From contig JAHPZE010000014.1 of the NCBI GenBank assembly GCA_019058365.1, forward strand, positions 1-64,000: a stretch of DNA of 64,000 nucleotides, read 5' to 3'. The translations under genes and the position numbers were made by a program. Under the pieces are notes generated by a model, which made no database searches, was not told the origin of the DNA, and worked only from the letters and a program-made list of their open reading frames with translations. This stretch comes from Promethearchaeota archaeon. Lineage in GTDB: Archaea; Asgardarchaeota; Lokiarchaeia; Sigyniarchaeales; SOKP01. Shown here piece by piece: positions 10,619-20,534 of the stretch. How positions within the stretch are numbered: position 1 is the stretch's first letter; each line of letters begins with the position of its first letter.

Positions 10619-11854
10619 TTAAATTTTAGAAGCGATTAAATCTATAATATCAATCAGTTTTATTTTTTCTTGAATATCTGGAGCCATTTCCTTATATGCA
10701 TCTTTTAAATTTCCTATACAAAATGGACAACTAGTTGTTAATATATCAGCTCCCGTTTCTAATGCTTCTCTAATTCTTTCTTTTGAAATTTCCAGAGCTA
10801 AATCTGGAAATTGACTTTTTACACCACCTCCCGCTCCACAGCACCAAGCATTTTTCCTATTTCTTTTCATTTCAATAAGTTCAATTCCAGGGATTTTAGA
10901 TAATACTTCACGAGGAATCTCATAAAGATCCATATGACGCCCGAGATGACAAGGATCATGGTATGTTACCTTTAATTTCTCACCTTCTTCTGCTTTAAAT
11001 AGAATCTCATTGTTATTCAACAAATCAATTAAAAATTCTGTGATATGTTTCACTTTAAAAGGTAAAGCTTTCCCTAACAATTCGGGATAATCTTTTTTCC
11101 ATGTTCTGTAGCATCCCGCACATGCAGTAAATAAAGTTTTAGTACCTTTTTTTTCAAATTCTGTAATATTATGCTTAATAATATCAGTTAAAGATTTTTT
11201 ATCACCAATACGTAATGCAATAGACCCACAGCACCATTCTTCTTTAGTCATAGCGATTTCTTTACCTGTGACTTTTAAAATCTTCATCATACTTCTTAGA
11301 GTATCTACTTGTCTTAAAGGCATTGTACAGCCACCAAAAAACATCAGTTCCCCTTGATCCTTGATTTCAGGAAATTCTTTTATCCATTCAAATTTTAAAT
11401 TTCTCTCCTCTCCATAGGGATTTTTCTTCTTGTCATTATCCATAAATTCGATTAAATCTCCATGTTTATCAAGAGGAGCAAAACCTGCTTCAACTAGATC
11501 TTTTCTCAACGCATCCCATACTTTTACATGATCTATCCAATTACATGTAGGAAGTACAATATATGGATTTTGAGACATATGGCAAACTTCAGCACAATTT
11601 CCACATTCAGAACATTGATATACCCATTCTGCGAGTTCTTTACTCAAAGGGATCTTACCTTCTAAAAGACTTTTAAGAACATTCATTCGTCCTCTTGCAA
11701 AGTAAATCTCAAATCCTTCTTCTCCTTTTGCTTCTTTCACTGGGCATGTTAAATATCTTCCTACAGCTGGTCTTATAGCATATCCACAATCACCACAACC
11801 CATGCAAGAAAATACTGCTTTCCATTCTTCTTTTAAATATTTCAAATTACTCAT
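10619..11854 (-). CDS. Fe-S oxidoreductase, HdrD/GlcF-like with CCG domains (start placed at MSNLK)
   Basis: CxxCxxC clusters, WCCG, YHDPCHLGR, CCGAGGG, CPFC; GGGGTGA SD-like motif at the end of the upstream gene. Confidence 0.88.
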   Translation of the reverse strand: MSNLKYLKEEWKAVFSCMGCGDCGYAIRPAVGRYLTCPVKEAKGEEGFEIYFARGRMNVLKSLLEGKIPLSKELAEWVYQCSECGNCAEVCHMSQNPYIVLPTCNWIDHVKVWDALRKDLVEAGFAPLDKHGDLIEFMDNDKKKNPYGEERNLKFEWIKEFPEIKDQGELMFFGGCTMPLRQVDTLRSMMKILKVTGKEIAMTKEEWCCGSIALRIGDKKSLTDIIKHNITEFEKKGTKTLFTACAGCYRTWKKDYPELLGKALPFKVKHITEFLIDLLNNNEILFKAEEGEKLKVTYHDPCHLGRHMDLYEIPREVLSKIPGIELIEMKRNRKNAWCCGAGGGVKSQFPDLALEISKERIREALETGADILTTSCPFCIGNLKDAYKEMAPDIQEKIKLIDIIDLIASKI

Positions 11855-11855
11855 T

Positions 11856-13373
11856 TCATTTATCACCCCAAAAATTAAACTTTCCTCTACTTAAAATCAT
11901 ATTTGGGTCGATGGTTTTTTTAATAGACTTCATTAATGTATAAAATTCTTCTGAATAAGCTCCAATATCTACCATCAAACGAGACATAAATTCTCCCATC
12001 ATATACCATTGCACCCCTTGTTTAGTTACTCTTTCTAATAATGATTTCCAAAGCGAAAGATTTAAATTATCAATAAAGTCATGGATTTTACCATCAACAT
12101 AACTCGAAAAACTAGTGAAACCACAAGTAATTTCCACATTATTTCCATCAATCAAAAGAATAGGACCACTTCCTGCAATAGGACGACTACCCGCAATATC
12201 AAATATTTTTCGCATATCTTCATCATGTTCCATATCCCACTGATCAATATCATTCATAATTTTAGGATATATATTAATAGGACAAAAACATTCTGCGGTT
12301 AATGGTTGCATTGTAGGAAATATACCCCATAAATTATGGTAGAATTGCCAATGCCCTTGTTCCGTATAGTGCCATTTAGCTATATTTCCATCAGAAATTT
12401 CTGATCCTAGGCATTCTGTCTTATTATCTAACATTATTTTATCAAGTAATTTAACTTTTTCGTCTAATTCCACTTCTGTATTTGCTTCTATTGTATAAAA
12501 AATGACCCCTCTTTTCTTTTTTAATTGATTCCACATAGGCATTAATCTTTCCTGTGTAGTTAATCTTACAATAAGGTCCATAATATACATAGCATCATAA
12601 ACATCAATTCCTCTATGTCGAATTTCATTTAATATCTTAGCTGAGACTTCTCTTTCTTTTCTGGGTAATTGAAATGTTTTATATTCAGCAAATTCGGGTT
12701 TTGGGAATACTTGTAATGATATTTTTGTTTTTACTCCAAAAATTCCATTATCACCACAAAATAATCCTGCTAAATCTGGACCATTGCCAAATCTGTTGAA
12801 TGGAACTTTTGAATATTTATTTGCTTGAGAGCCAGTTTCAATGATCTCTCCAGTGGGTAAAACTACCTCTAAAGACGTTAATTGATTAGTACATGCTCCA
12901 TATTTAGCACATCCACCCCCACCTACTGAATGATGTGAGATACCTCCACCTATAGACGCACTCATTCCTGATCCCGGACCCATACATCCCGTATAAAGGC
13001 CAAAATGACAGAGGTATTCATTTACTTTACCCCATGAAATTCCTGCTTCAACAGTAACTATTAGGTTTTCTTCGTCTAAGTTTAGTATATTGTTCATTCT
13101 TTTCATATCCAAGACAATTCCGGTATCTCCAATGGGTTTACTTCCCCCAAACTCACAAATTCCGGCTCCACGTGGAATAACAGTAATATTTTCATCATTA
13201 GCAATTTTAAGTATCTCTGAGATTTCTTGAGCATCCTTTGGTCTTATAACAATATCAGGAACTCCTTGTAAAACAATATCTACATTTCGTGAATAAGCGT
13301 GGCGTACATAAATATCATTAGATATGTACTTATCAGAAACAATCTTCTCCAATTTATTAAATAGATCTGACAT
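11856..13373 (-). CDS. FAD-linked oxidase/dehydrogenase (GlcD / D-lactate dehydrogenase family)
   Basis: PDIVIRP, IPRGAG, GDNGIFGVKTK, IKKTIDPNMILSRGK. Confidence 0.9.
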   Translation of the reverse strand: MSDLFNKLEKIVSDKYISNDIYVRHAYSRNVDIVLQGVPDIVIRPKDAQEISEILKIANDENITVIPRGAGICEFGGSKPIGDTGIVLDMKRMNNILNLDEENLIVTVEAGISWGKVNEYLCHFGLYTGCMGPGSGMSASIGGGISHHSVGGGGCAKYGACTNQLTSLEVVLPTGEIIETGSQANKYSKVPFNRFGNGPDLAGLFCGDNGIFGVKTKISLQVFPKPEFAEYKTFQLPRKEREVSAKILNEIRHRGIDVYDAMYIMDLIVRLTTQERLMPMWNQLKKKRGVIFYTIEANTEVELDEKVKLLDKIMLDNKTECLGSEISDGNIAKWHYTEQGHWQFYHNLWGIFPTMQPLTAECFCPINIYPKIMNDIDQWDMEHDEDMRKIFDIAGSRPIAGSGPILLIDGNNVEITCGFTSFSSYVDGKIHDFIDNLNLSLWKSLLERVTKQGVQWYMMGEFMSRLMVDIGAYSEEFYTLMKSIKKTIDPNMILSRGKFNFWGDK

Positions 13374-13508
13374 TATTGTATTACCATATCTACTTTTTAT
13401 TAGAATAATTTATAATAGAAACATTAAATTACTTAAATATATTCCACCTTAAATTAAAGTGAGTCCTTCGAAAGAGAACCATAGATCTAAATAAATATAG
13501 AACCGAAG

Positions 13509-13802
13509 GTGATAGACATCTATTATCGAGGATACATACTAATTCGTCTAAAAGCAATTGGTACTGAATGGAAAGTAGTTGAAAAGTTATTTAATTTAAA
13601 ATCTATTGAACAAGACGAGGATTGGAAAATTACTTATGCTACTCCAATATATGGGGGGTGGGATGTGATAGTTGAGTGTTCATTTTCTAAACTAAGGGAT
13701 ATAGATAAAATTGTCACTCTCTGTAGAGTAGATAAAGATTTATCTCAGTGGATTGAGGAAACTACTACACTTATGGGCTCTAAAAATGATTATCCCAGAT
13801 AG
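13509..13802 (+). CDS. Stand-alone Lrp/AsnC ligand-binding-like domain protein
   Basis: GYILIR...IYGGWDVIVE...IEETTTL pattern. Confidence 0.65.
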   Translation: MIDIYYRGYILIRLKAIGTEWKVVEKLFNLKSIEQDEDWKITYATPIYGGWDVIVECSFSKLRDIDKIVTLCRVDKDLSQWIEETTTLMGSKNDYPR

Positions 13803-13836
13803 ATTCCCCTTAATTAATGATTAGGTTTATTAAATT

Positions 13837-14442
13837 GTGAATAATTTTAGAAAATATATCATTATTTGCATTATAACAATAATACTAACGATTCCATTAT
13901 TCTTTGGGGTCTTTATTGAGTATTTTTTATTTAAAGTGATTAATTTAATTTCAATTTTAATTTTAGTACTCGGTGCATCTAGTCTTCTTTTTATAGGGAT
14001 AATTATAGAGGCTTTTGTCTATAATAGTCAAATTTTTGAATTAATTAAAAAACATGATGTGATAAATACATTAATTCAAAAAAACAATAAATTTGTTATA
14101 TGGATTTTATTTCTAATAACAATGCTAATGGAAGAGCTAATTTTCCGATATTATTCTATTGGTATTTTAAATTCATTGCTAAATTCACAATACATCTTAA
14201 TTATTCTAATCTCAAGTTTAGCTTTTTCTCTTTATCACATCCATACTTGGTTTTCTTTTAAGAATTTAAAAATTCTATTGGTCAATCTGATTTATCCATT
14301 CTTAATGGGATTATACCTGGGATACATTTTTTTTTCTTTTGGGTTTCCTTCATGTATAATTGCTCATTCTATTATAGCATATTCTATGCACTATAACCTT
14401 TATAGACTATATTATAAGAACAAATACAAGAACAAAATTTAA
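13837..14442 (+). CDS. CPBP (Abi/CAAX-type II) intramembrane protease
   Basis: EELIFR, FSLYH, IIAH motifs; hydrophobic. Confidence 0.8.
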   Translation: MNNFRKYIIICIITIILTIPLFFGVFIEYFLFKVINLISILILVLGASSLLFIGIIIEAFVYNSQIFELIKKHDVINTLIQKNNKFVIWILFLITMLMEELIFRYYSIGILNSLLNSQYILIILISSLAFSLYHIHTWFSFKNLKILLVNLIYPFLMGLYLGYIFFSFGFPSCIIAHSIIAYSMHYNLYRLYYKNKYKNKI

Positions 14443-14456
14443 AAAAATTAAAGAAA

Positions 14457-16187
14457 TTATTTACTTCTTAAAAGTTTTTTATCTACTTTACCTATTGAAG
14501 TTAGTGGCATTTCCTTGAGGATTTCGATGAATTTTGGTATTTTATATTTAGCCAGATTTTCTTGAGCAAATTTTAGTATATCTGCTTTTATTTCTTCGGA
14601 TGGTTTATATCCCTCTTTTAACAATACGTATAATTTAACCATTTCAGAACCAGGACGATCTGGATCAGGAATACCTACGGATGAACAGAGTTCAATTGCG
14701 GGGTGCTTATTCATTTTATCATCTACTTCAACACTAAATACTTTATATCCACTCACAATAATCATATCTTTTGTGCGGTCTACTATTGTAATATAACCAT
14801 CTTCATCCATAACACCTACATCACCAGAATAAAACCACCCATCAACAAGTGCGCTCTTTGTTTCTTCAGGTTTATTCCAATAACCTTTAAATATCTGAGG
14901 CCCCCTGATTGCAATCTCACCGGCTTCTCCTAACTGAACTTCTCGATTTCTATCTGTAACATCCACTAACTTTACTTCTGTGTTCGGAAAAGGAACTCCC
15001 ACAGTCCCAATTTTCTTTTTTCCTAGATATGGATTCATAGTGACGCCTGGAGATGCTTCAGTCATTCCATAGGCTTCAACAACTTTTCCTTTACCTACAA
15101 CTTCTTCAAATTCATTTATACTTTCGGTAGGAAATGGAGCTGCTCCAGAAATATATCCATTAAATGAACTTAAATCTATTCTTTTAAAGCGTCGGTTCTG
15201 TAAAAGCATAAGATAGAGAGTTGGAACATTATACATAAGGGATACGTTACCTTCGTATTCTTTCAGTTTGCTTACCATATAGTCTGTGTCTCTCGGGTTT
15301 GGCACTAAAATTTGAGCACAACCTTGAGAAATTGTCTGTAGACAAAATTGCAACCCAGCTAGATGAAAGAATGGAAATCCCGAGATATAAACATCTTCAC
15401 CTGGTTTAAGTGCAGGTTCAAACCAATGATTTACAATTTGAATTATTGAGATTAAATTACCATGCGTTAAAATAGCTCCTTTTGGAGGCCCTGTGGTTCC
15501 CCCCGTATATTGTAGTAATAAAATATCATTTGGTTCAATTTTCACGTTAGGAGATTTTTCACCCGAATAATTATCTAAAATTTCATTATATGTAAAATAC
15601 TTAAACCCCTCTATTGGTTCAACTTTTCCATAGGGAATTTTACCTATTTTTATTAATTGTTCTTTCATACTAGGCTCTAAATCTAAAACATCACCTGCAC
15701 TAGTAGTAATCACTATTTTTACATCAGTTTTTCCCGATGAAAGTGCTTCTCTGACTTTTTCCTCGTAAAATGAATCAAGAGTAATAATTGCTACTGCACC
15801 ACAATCCTTTAATTGATAAATTATTTCATTTGGTTGTAATAGGAAATTCATCCCGGATACAGTGCATCCCGCATAGAACGTTCCAAATAATGCTACAATA
15901 AACTGAGGAAGATTTGGCAAATTTATGACAACTCTATCCCCTTTTTGTATTCCATTTTGTATTAAAAAATTTGCGAAGCTATTGATGTATTTCTCGGTTT
16001 GGTGAAAAGTTGCACAAGAACCTTGAAAATCATAACATAAACTATCTGGATAGCTTTTTACTGTTCTTCGCATCATTTCTGCTAAAGAATATATTTCAAT
16101 ATCAATTTCTGGCTTTACATGTTTGTCATAGGATTTTAGCCATATTTTTTCTGAATATGGACTGCTTTCCATCATTTTTTCTGTCAT
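14457..16187 (-). CDS. Long-chain fatty-acid--CoA ligase
   Basis: YTGGTTGPPKG, YGMTE, GWFYSGD, DRTKD, GKVDKK. Confidence 0.92.
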   Translation of the reverse strand: MTEKMMESSPYSEKIWLKSYDKHVKPEIDIEIYSLAEMMRRTVKSYPDSLCYDFQGSCATFHQTEKYINSFANFLIQNGIQKGDRVVINLPNLPQFIVALFGTFYAGCTVSGMNFLLQPNEIIYQLKDCGAVAIITLDSFYEEKVREALSSGKTDVKIVITTSAGDVLDLEPSMKEQLIKIGKIPYGKVEPIEGFKYFTYNEILDNYSGEKSPNVKIEPNDILLLQYTGGTTGPPKGAILTHGNLISIIQIVNHWFEPALKPGEDVYISGFPFFHLAGLQFCLQTISQGCAQILVPNPRDTDYMVSKLKEYEGNVSLMYNVPTLYLMLLQNRRFKRIDLSSFNGYISGAAPFPTESINEFEEVVGKGKVVEAYGMTEASPGVTMNPYLGKKKIGTVGVPFPNTEVKLVDVTDRNREVQLGEAGEIAIRGPQIFKGYWNKPEETKSALVDGWFYSGDVGVMDEDGYITIVDRTKDMIIVSGYKVFSVEVDDKMNKHPAIELCSSVGIPDPDRPGSEMVKLYVLLKEGYKPSEEIKADILKFAQENLAKYKIPKFIEILKEMPLTSIGKVDKKLLRSK

Positions 16188-16292
16188 TTTTGATCATTTT
16201 TAAAAATTTTTTAAGCAAATTTAACTACTTTTAATAGTATTTGTATTGTTAGTTCTATATTTAAAATTAATTATAGTTTTGAAAGAATTAGC

Positions 16293-17158
16293 TTGAAAGT
16301 TTATTTCCGAGAATTAACCTATGAAGATATTCCCGCTATAAAAGAGATTAGTAAAGATATTTGGGAAGGTGATGATTACGTTCCATATGTCATCCAAGAA
16401 TGGCTCCAAGAGAAGGATTGTATGAATTATGGGACTTTCAAAGATCAGAACAAAACAGAATTAATAGGATTTGGAAGAGTAAAGCTGTATGATAAGAATA
16501 TAGCATGGCTAGAAGGCGGGAGAATAAAAGTATCATATCAAAGTCAAGGTATAGGTAAAAAACAGCTTAATTATGCTATAGAATATGCAAAAAAATTGGT
16601 GTGAAAGTAGCCCAATATGATACATCTTCAAAAAATTTAGCCTCAATTTCACTTGCAAAGTTTTTCGGATTTAAACGTAAAAAATGTATGGATCTTATTA
16701 CTGCATCTTCTGATGAAATTAAAATTACTAAAAAAATAGCTCCAGAATTTGAAAACATTTTAGCTAAAGATGCAAGAAAGTTTTATAAGGAATTTGACAT
16801 TGGTCCTGGAGATGAAATCTGTAGTGGTTGGTCTTATATTCCATTAAAATATATTACTGATGAACATGGCTCATGGGTATATAATAAAGATGCCATTTTA
16901 CAAAAAATAGAATTTGGAACATCTCATCATTATGAGTTTCTTTCAGAACAAGAAATTTGGATGATTGTGTACGGCAAACCTAAAGCAGCGAGGGATTTGA
17001 TTCAATATACAATTCAGAATGAGCTAGAATCCAAAGAATCTATAGTTTTTGAGATTTTTTGCAAATCTGATGTAGTTGAACTCCTTAAAAAAATTGGATT
17101 TATTTATTATGAAGATGAACGATTTGGTGTCGTATTATTCGAAAAATCTTTAATATAA
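16293..17158 (+). pseudogene. GNAT acetyltransferase split by a 1-nt frameshift at an A7 run (16589-16595); may be a sequencing error, slippage or a pseudogene
   Basis: ORF1 ends ...QGIGKKQLNYAIEYAKK; the -1 frame continues IGVKVAQYDTSSKNLASISLAKFFGF, completing GNAT motifs A-B. Confidence 0.7.
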
Positions 17159-17182
17159 AAAAGAAAAAAAGAATAAAAAAAA

Positions 17183-17710
17183 TTATTGACTTTCAATACT
17201 CATTTCATATGCTTGCGTTTTTTTATTTCCACAATGAATACAATAGGCAACTCCACTTTCTTGTAGAGTTTGAAGCATTGAACCTGTAAATTTATTACCA
17301 CATTCACTACAATAAGCAACTTCAGGTCGAACTATTTGTACGCTCTGTTGAGTGGGTACAATTGGTTCTTGTTCTTGTTTAACTTGACGGATTATTTGTT
17401 GTTGAGGTGGTGCTTGTTGTTCTGGTGCTGAATTCTTTACAGGTTTGGTCTTTCCTGAAATCGCATAATATAAACCCTCGAATATCTTATAAAAAAGTAG
17501 ACCAATCCCTTTCAGAAGATAATAGACTCCTTTTAGTATATAGTAAACTAAATAAGCAACACCTTTTAGAATGTAATAAACTAAAATTACAGCAAGAGTT
17601 AATACAGCAAAGACTCCTATCAAGACAAGAACTTGTGCGTAGATAGGTTGAACTAAAAACCAATTGACAATTTCTTGCCATGCGATATTAAAAATATATA
17701 CTTCACTCAT
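17183..17710 (-). CDS. Membrane protein with repeated YYILKG helices, Q/P-rich linker and C-terminal zinc ribbon
   Basis: TM segment; CSECG and CIHCG. Confidence 0.7.
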   Translation of the reverse strand: MSEVYIFNIAWQEIVNWFLVQPIYAQVLVLIGVFAVLTLAVILVYYILKGVAYLVYYILKGVYYLLKGIGLLFYKIFEGLYYAISGKTKPVKNSAPEQQAPPQQQIIRQVKQEQEPIVPTQQSVQIVRPEVAYCSECGNKFTGSMLQTLQESGVAYCIHCGNKKTQAYEMSIESQ

Positions 17711-17945
17711 TATTCTTTCACTTTAAATTTAATATTTTTACTTAATTAAAAGGAGATCATAATGTAATTAAAAAAATTTGGAGTCCAATTTTTGAAGGAT
17801 TCTTATGAAAATCATTAAGAAATATTTAAAATTTGGTATAGAATTGAATAAAAATTAGAATTAATTACATCTCATTGATCTCATCAATGGTTTTAAGATC
17901 AATTTTTTTTAACCGTGCAATGAATTTCTCACGTATATTCTTTAA

Positions 17946-18110
17946 TTACCAGTCGTAGAACAAAAAAGGGAAAAAATTAATCACAGTAGATGCGAAAAGC
18001 GCAATAAATGTAAACGGAATGAATCCAATATCACTCCCAACTGTAGTAATATCTTCAAAAATAATTAACACGAATGCTACAAGTGTACTGATTCCAACAT
18101 ATTCATTCAT
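17946..18110 (-). pseudogene. Small hydrophobic ORF (54 aa, MNEYVGISTLVAF...FYDW), possibly a remnant of a longer membrane-protein gene
   Basis: Read by eye below the ORF-track cutoff; two hydrophobic stretches; the frame stays open for 26 more codons after the TAA. Confidence 0.3.
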
Positions 18111-18194
18111 AAAATCAAAATAAATGTAGAATTCGAATAATTATTTAATTATTCAATATCATAATAAATGTTATTAAATTAATATACAATTAAG

Positions 18195-19598
18195 CTAACC
18201 TGACTTCTTTATTTTTCCAAACTCATACATCATCTTAAATGCTTTAAGAGCATATTTTATTCTGCTCATTATTGGAATTTTAATTTCTAAATTAGATGAA
18301 GATTCAGCTTTTCTGAGAAAATCGAAGGTCCATCCTGAACCAAAGCATACGCATACGCATGGCTTATTAAACTTTTGCGTTAATTTTTTAATGATGTCAA
18401 ATTGTTGTTTTGCCCAGTTTGTCGCCATTGAACCCATCATTTGGAGTGGCCACCGAGGAACTGAAAAAATATACAAAATGCAATCTACATTCTCATCTTG
18501 AAAAAGGGCTTCTATAGTTGGAATAAATGTCTCAAAGATAGAAGGACCTAAATCTATAGTACCTCGAATTGAAACCCAGTTGGGAATTACTGATTTAATA
18601 AGAGAGATGGTATTTTCAGTTAATTTCGCTAGAGTTAACCCTTGTTCTTCAATCTCATCACATGCTAACGCTCCTAAACTTCCAGAACCCGTGATAATAG
18701 CAACATTTTTCCCTGTAGGGAAAGGTTGACTAGCAAAAACATGTGCCACATTAAACATTTCATAAAAATTGTTCACTCTAAAGATTCTCGGATTCTGTTT
18801 AATGACAGCATCATATACTTTATTATTCCCCGCCATTGATCCTGTATGACTATTAACCGCTTTTGACCCAATATCACTTTTTCCGTTTTTAAGAACTATA
18901 ACGGGTTTTTCCATGTTTTTAAATGTTTCAAATAATTCTTTCCCTCGTTTCGTACCTTCTAGATAAAGAGTTATGACTTGTGTTTCAGGATCTTGATTTA
19001 AATATTTGAGTAAGTCAACCTCATCAACATCCACTTTGTTTCCTATGGTAATAGTTTTAGAAAAACCAATCCCGTTATCAGTCGCCCAATCTATAAATAT
19101 ATTCCCAAGGACCCCTGATTGTGCTATAACTGCCACTTTACCGATAGTTGCTTGATCAAAGCTCATGTCCGCAGTTGTGAATTGATTGTTAAAATCAGTT
19201 ACACCTATACAATTAGGACCTATAATTCGGACTTTTGATTCTTTAGCAATCCTTTCAATTTCTTCTTGAAGCTTTATATACTTCTCTACATCAGTCTCAG
19301 CAAAACCAGCTGATTCTATTATTATCCCTTTTACCCCTTTTTTTATACAATCTTTTACTGTTTGAAGCACAAATTCATTTCCAACAAGAATTATTACTAA
19401 ATCTATTTCTTCTGGAATATCTTTTATGCTTTTATAAGCTTTATGACCATGGATTTCTTGTTTTTTGATGTTAACAGGAAATGTTTTAAATTTTGAATCA
19501 AGCAGATATTTAGTTGTAGCATAGCCGAATTTAACACTATCAGATGCTCCAATTATCGCAATCGATTTTGGGTGAAAGAAAATATCCATTTCTGACAT
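18195..19598 (-). CDS. Acyl-CoA synthetase (NDP-forming), alpha subunit
   Basis: PKSIAIIGAS, IIGPNCIG, QSG, GNKVD, phospho-His motif SHTG. Confidence 0.88.
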   Translation of the reverse strand: MSEMDIFFHPKSIAIIGASDSVKFGYATTKYLLDSKFKTFPVNIKKQEIHGHKAYKSIKDIPEEIDLVIILVGNEFVLQTVKDCIKKGVKGIIIESAGFAETDVEKYIKLQEEIERIAKESKVRIIGPNCIGVTDFNNQFTTADMSFDQATIGKVAVIAQSGVLGNIFIDWATDNGIGFSKTITIGNKVDVDEVDLLKYLNQDPETQVITLYLEGTKRGKELFETFKNMEKPVIVLKNGKSDIGSKAVNSHTGSMAGNNKVYDAVIKQNPRIFRVNNFYEMFNVAHVFASQPFPTGKNVAIITGSGSLGALACDEIEEQGLTLAKLTENTISLIKSVIPNWVSIRGTIDLGPSIFETFIPTIEALFQDENVDCILYIFSVPRWPLQMMGSMATNWAKQQFDIIKKLTQKFNKPCVCVCFGSGWTFDFLRKAESSSNLEIKIPIMSRIKYALKAFKMMYEFGKIKKSG

Positions 19599-19751
19599 GA
19601 TATCATCTTATATTAAATTAGAATTAGAACTTGTATAATATTTGGAAAAATAATTTATTGAACTTAAAGATTCGGCCATATCTAACAAAAATGCTAGGTT
19701 TAAATATAATCTTGTAGAGATTTTTACAAGATTAGGATTTAATTTATAAAT

Positions 19752-20303
19752 GTGATAATTCTAATGTTAATCCCTAACCGAACAAATAAAATTCAAGTAA
19801 TATGCCCGATATGTAAAACAAGCGATTTAATTGGTATACCAAGGTCGAGATTAAATAGAAACTCTAATTTAAATACTATTTCAATACATAAAGGATTAAT
19901 TTGTCCTCATCATTTTCAAGTTTTTATTGATAATAATTTTCAAGTCAGAGGATATCAGAAAGTAGATTTAGAATTAAATCAAGAAAATTCTAAAAATTTA
20001 AGAAATGGGGTAATAGCTTATAATGAAATCGAGAAGAATAGTCAGATTGCTTTTGAAAATTTGATTCTTAATGAGAAAAGTGTGAAATTTATCCCTCTCA
20101 ATAGTAAAAATGATAAAAAAAGTGGCAATATAGAGAAGAAAATTAAACAACAAAAGAAAAAAATGACTTCGAAAGAAATTTATGAAGAATTCTGGGAATT
20201 TATTGATGAAAATAATGAGTTTTTTCTTGAATATATTATCAAAGATAATAGAAGGCAAAAATCTTCAATAAATCCTAACATAAGTGAGTGTATTACCATA
20301 TAA
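19752..20303 (+). CDS. Hypothetical protein with putative Zn-binding N-terminal domain
   Basis: CPIC and CPHHF..FIDNNFQVRGY. Confidence 0.6.
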   Translation: MIILMLIPNRTNKIQVICPICKTSDLIGIPRSRLNRNSNLNTISIHKGLICPHHFQVFIDNNFQVRGYQKVDLELNQENSKNLRNGVIAYNEIEKNSQIAFENLILNEKSVKFIPLNSKNDKKSGNIEKKIKQQKKKMTSKEIYEEFWEFIDENNEFFLEYIIKDNRRQKSSINPNISECITI

Positions 20304-20534
20304 AATCAAAATTAATAAATTTAAAAGAAGAATTTTCATTAATTTGCTGGTTTACACTTCTTTTTTAAAATATTATTTCAACATCTAATATGACACATAA
20401 TTTCTATAAGAAAAAATCATGGTTTGCATGAAAATGATATAAGAAAATTTAAAATTCTGTACTTAATTTTCCAAAATAATAATTTTAATTATAAAAAATC
20501 TAAAATATGGAGATTAAATAATAGGTTAGAAATT

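Noticed and set aside
13465-13509. CCTTCG/CGAAGG inverted repeat upstream of the Lrp-like gene as a BHB or riboswitch
   Set aside because: Only 6 bp with no central helix geometry; compatible with chance.
16589-16604. GNAT frameshift as an intron
   Set aside because: No surplus sequence; the protein is continuous with one added base and no BHB is present.
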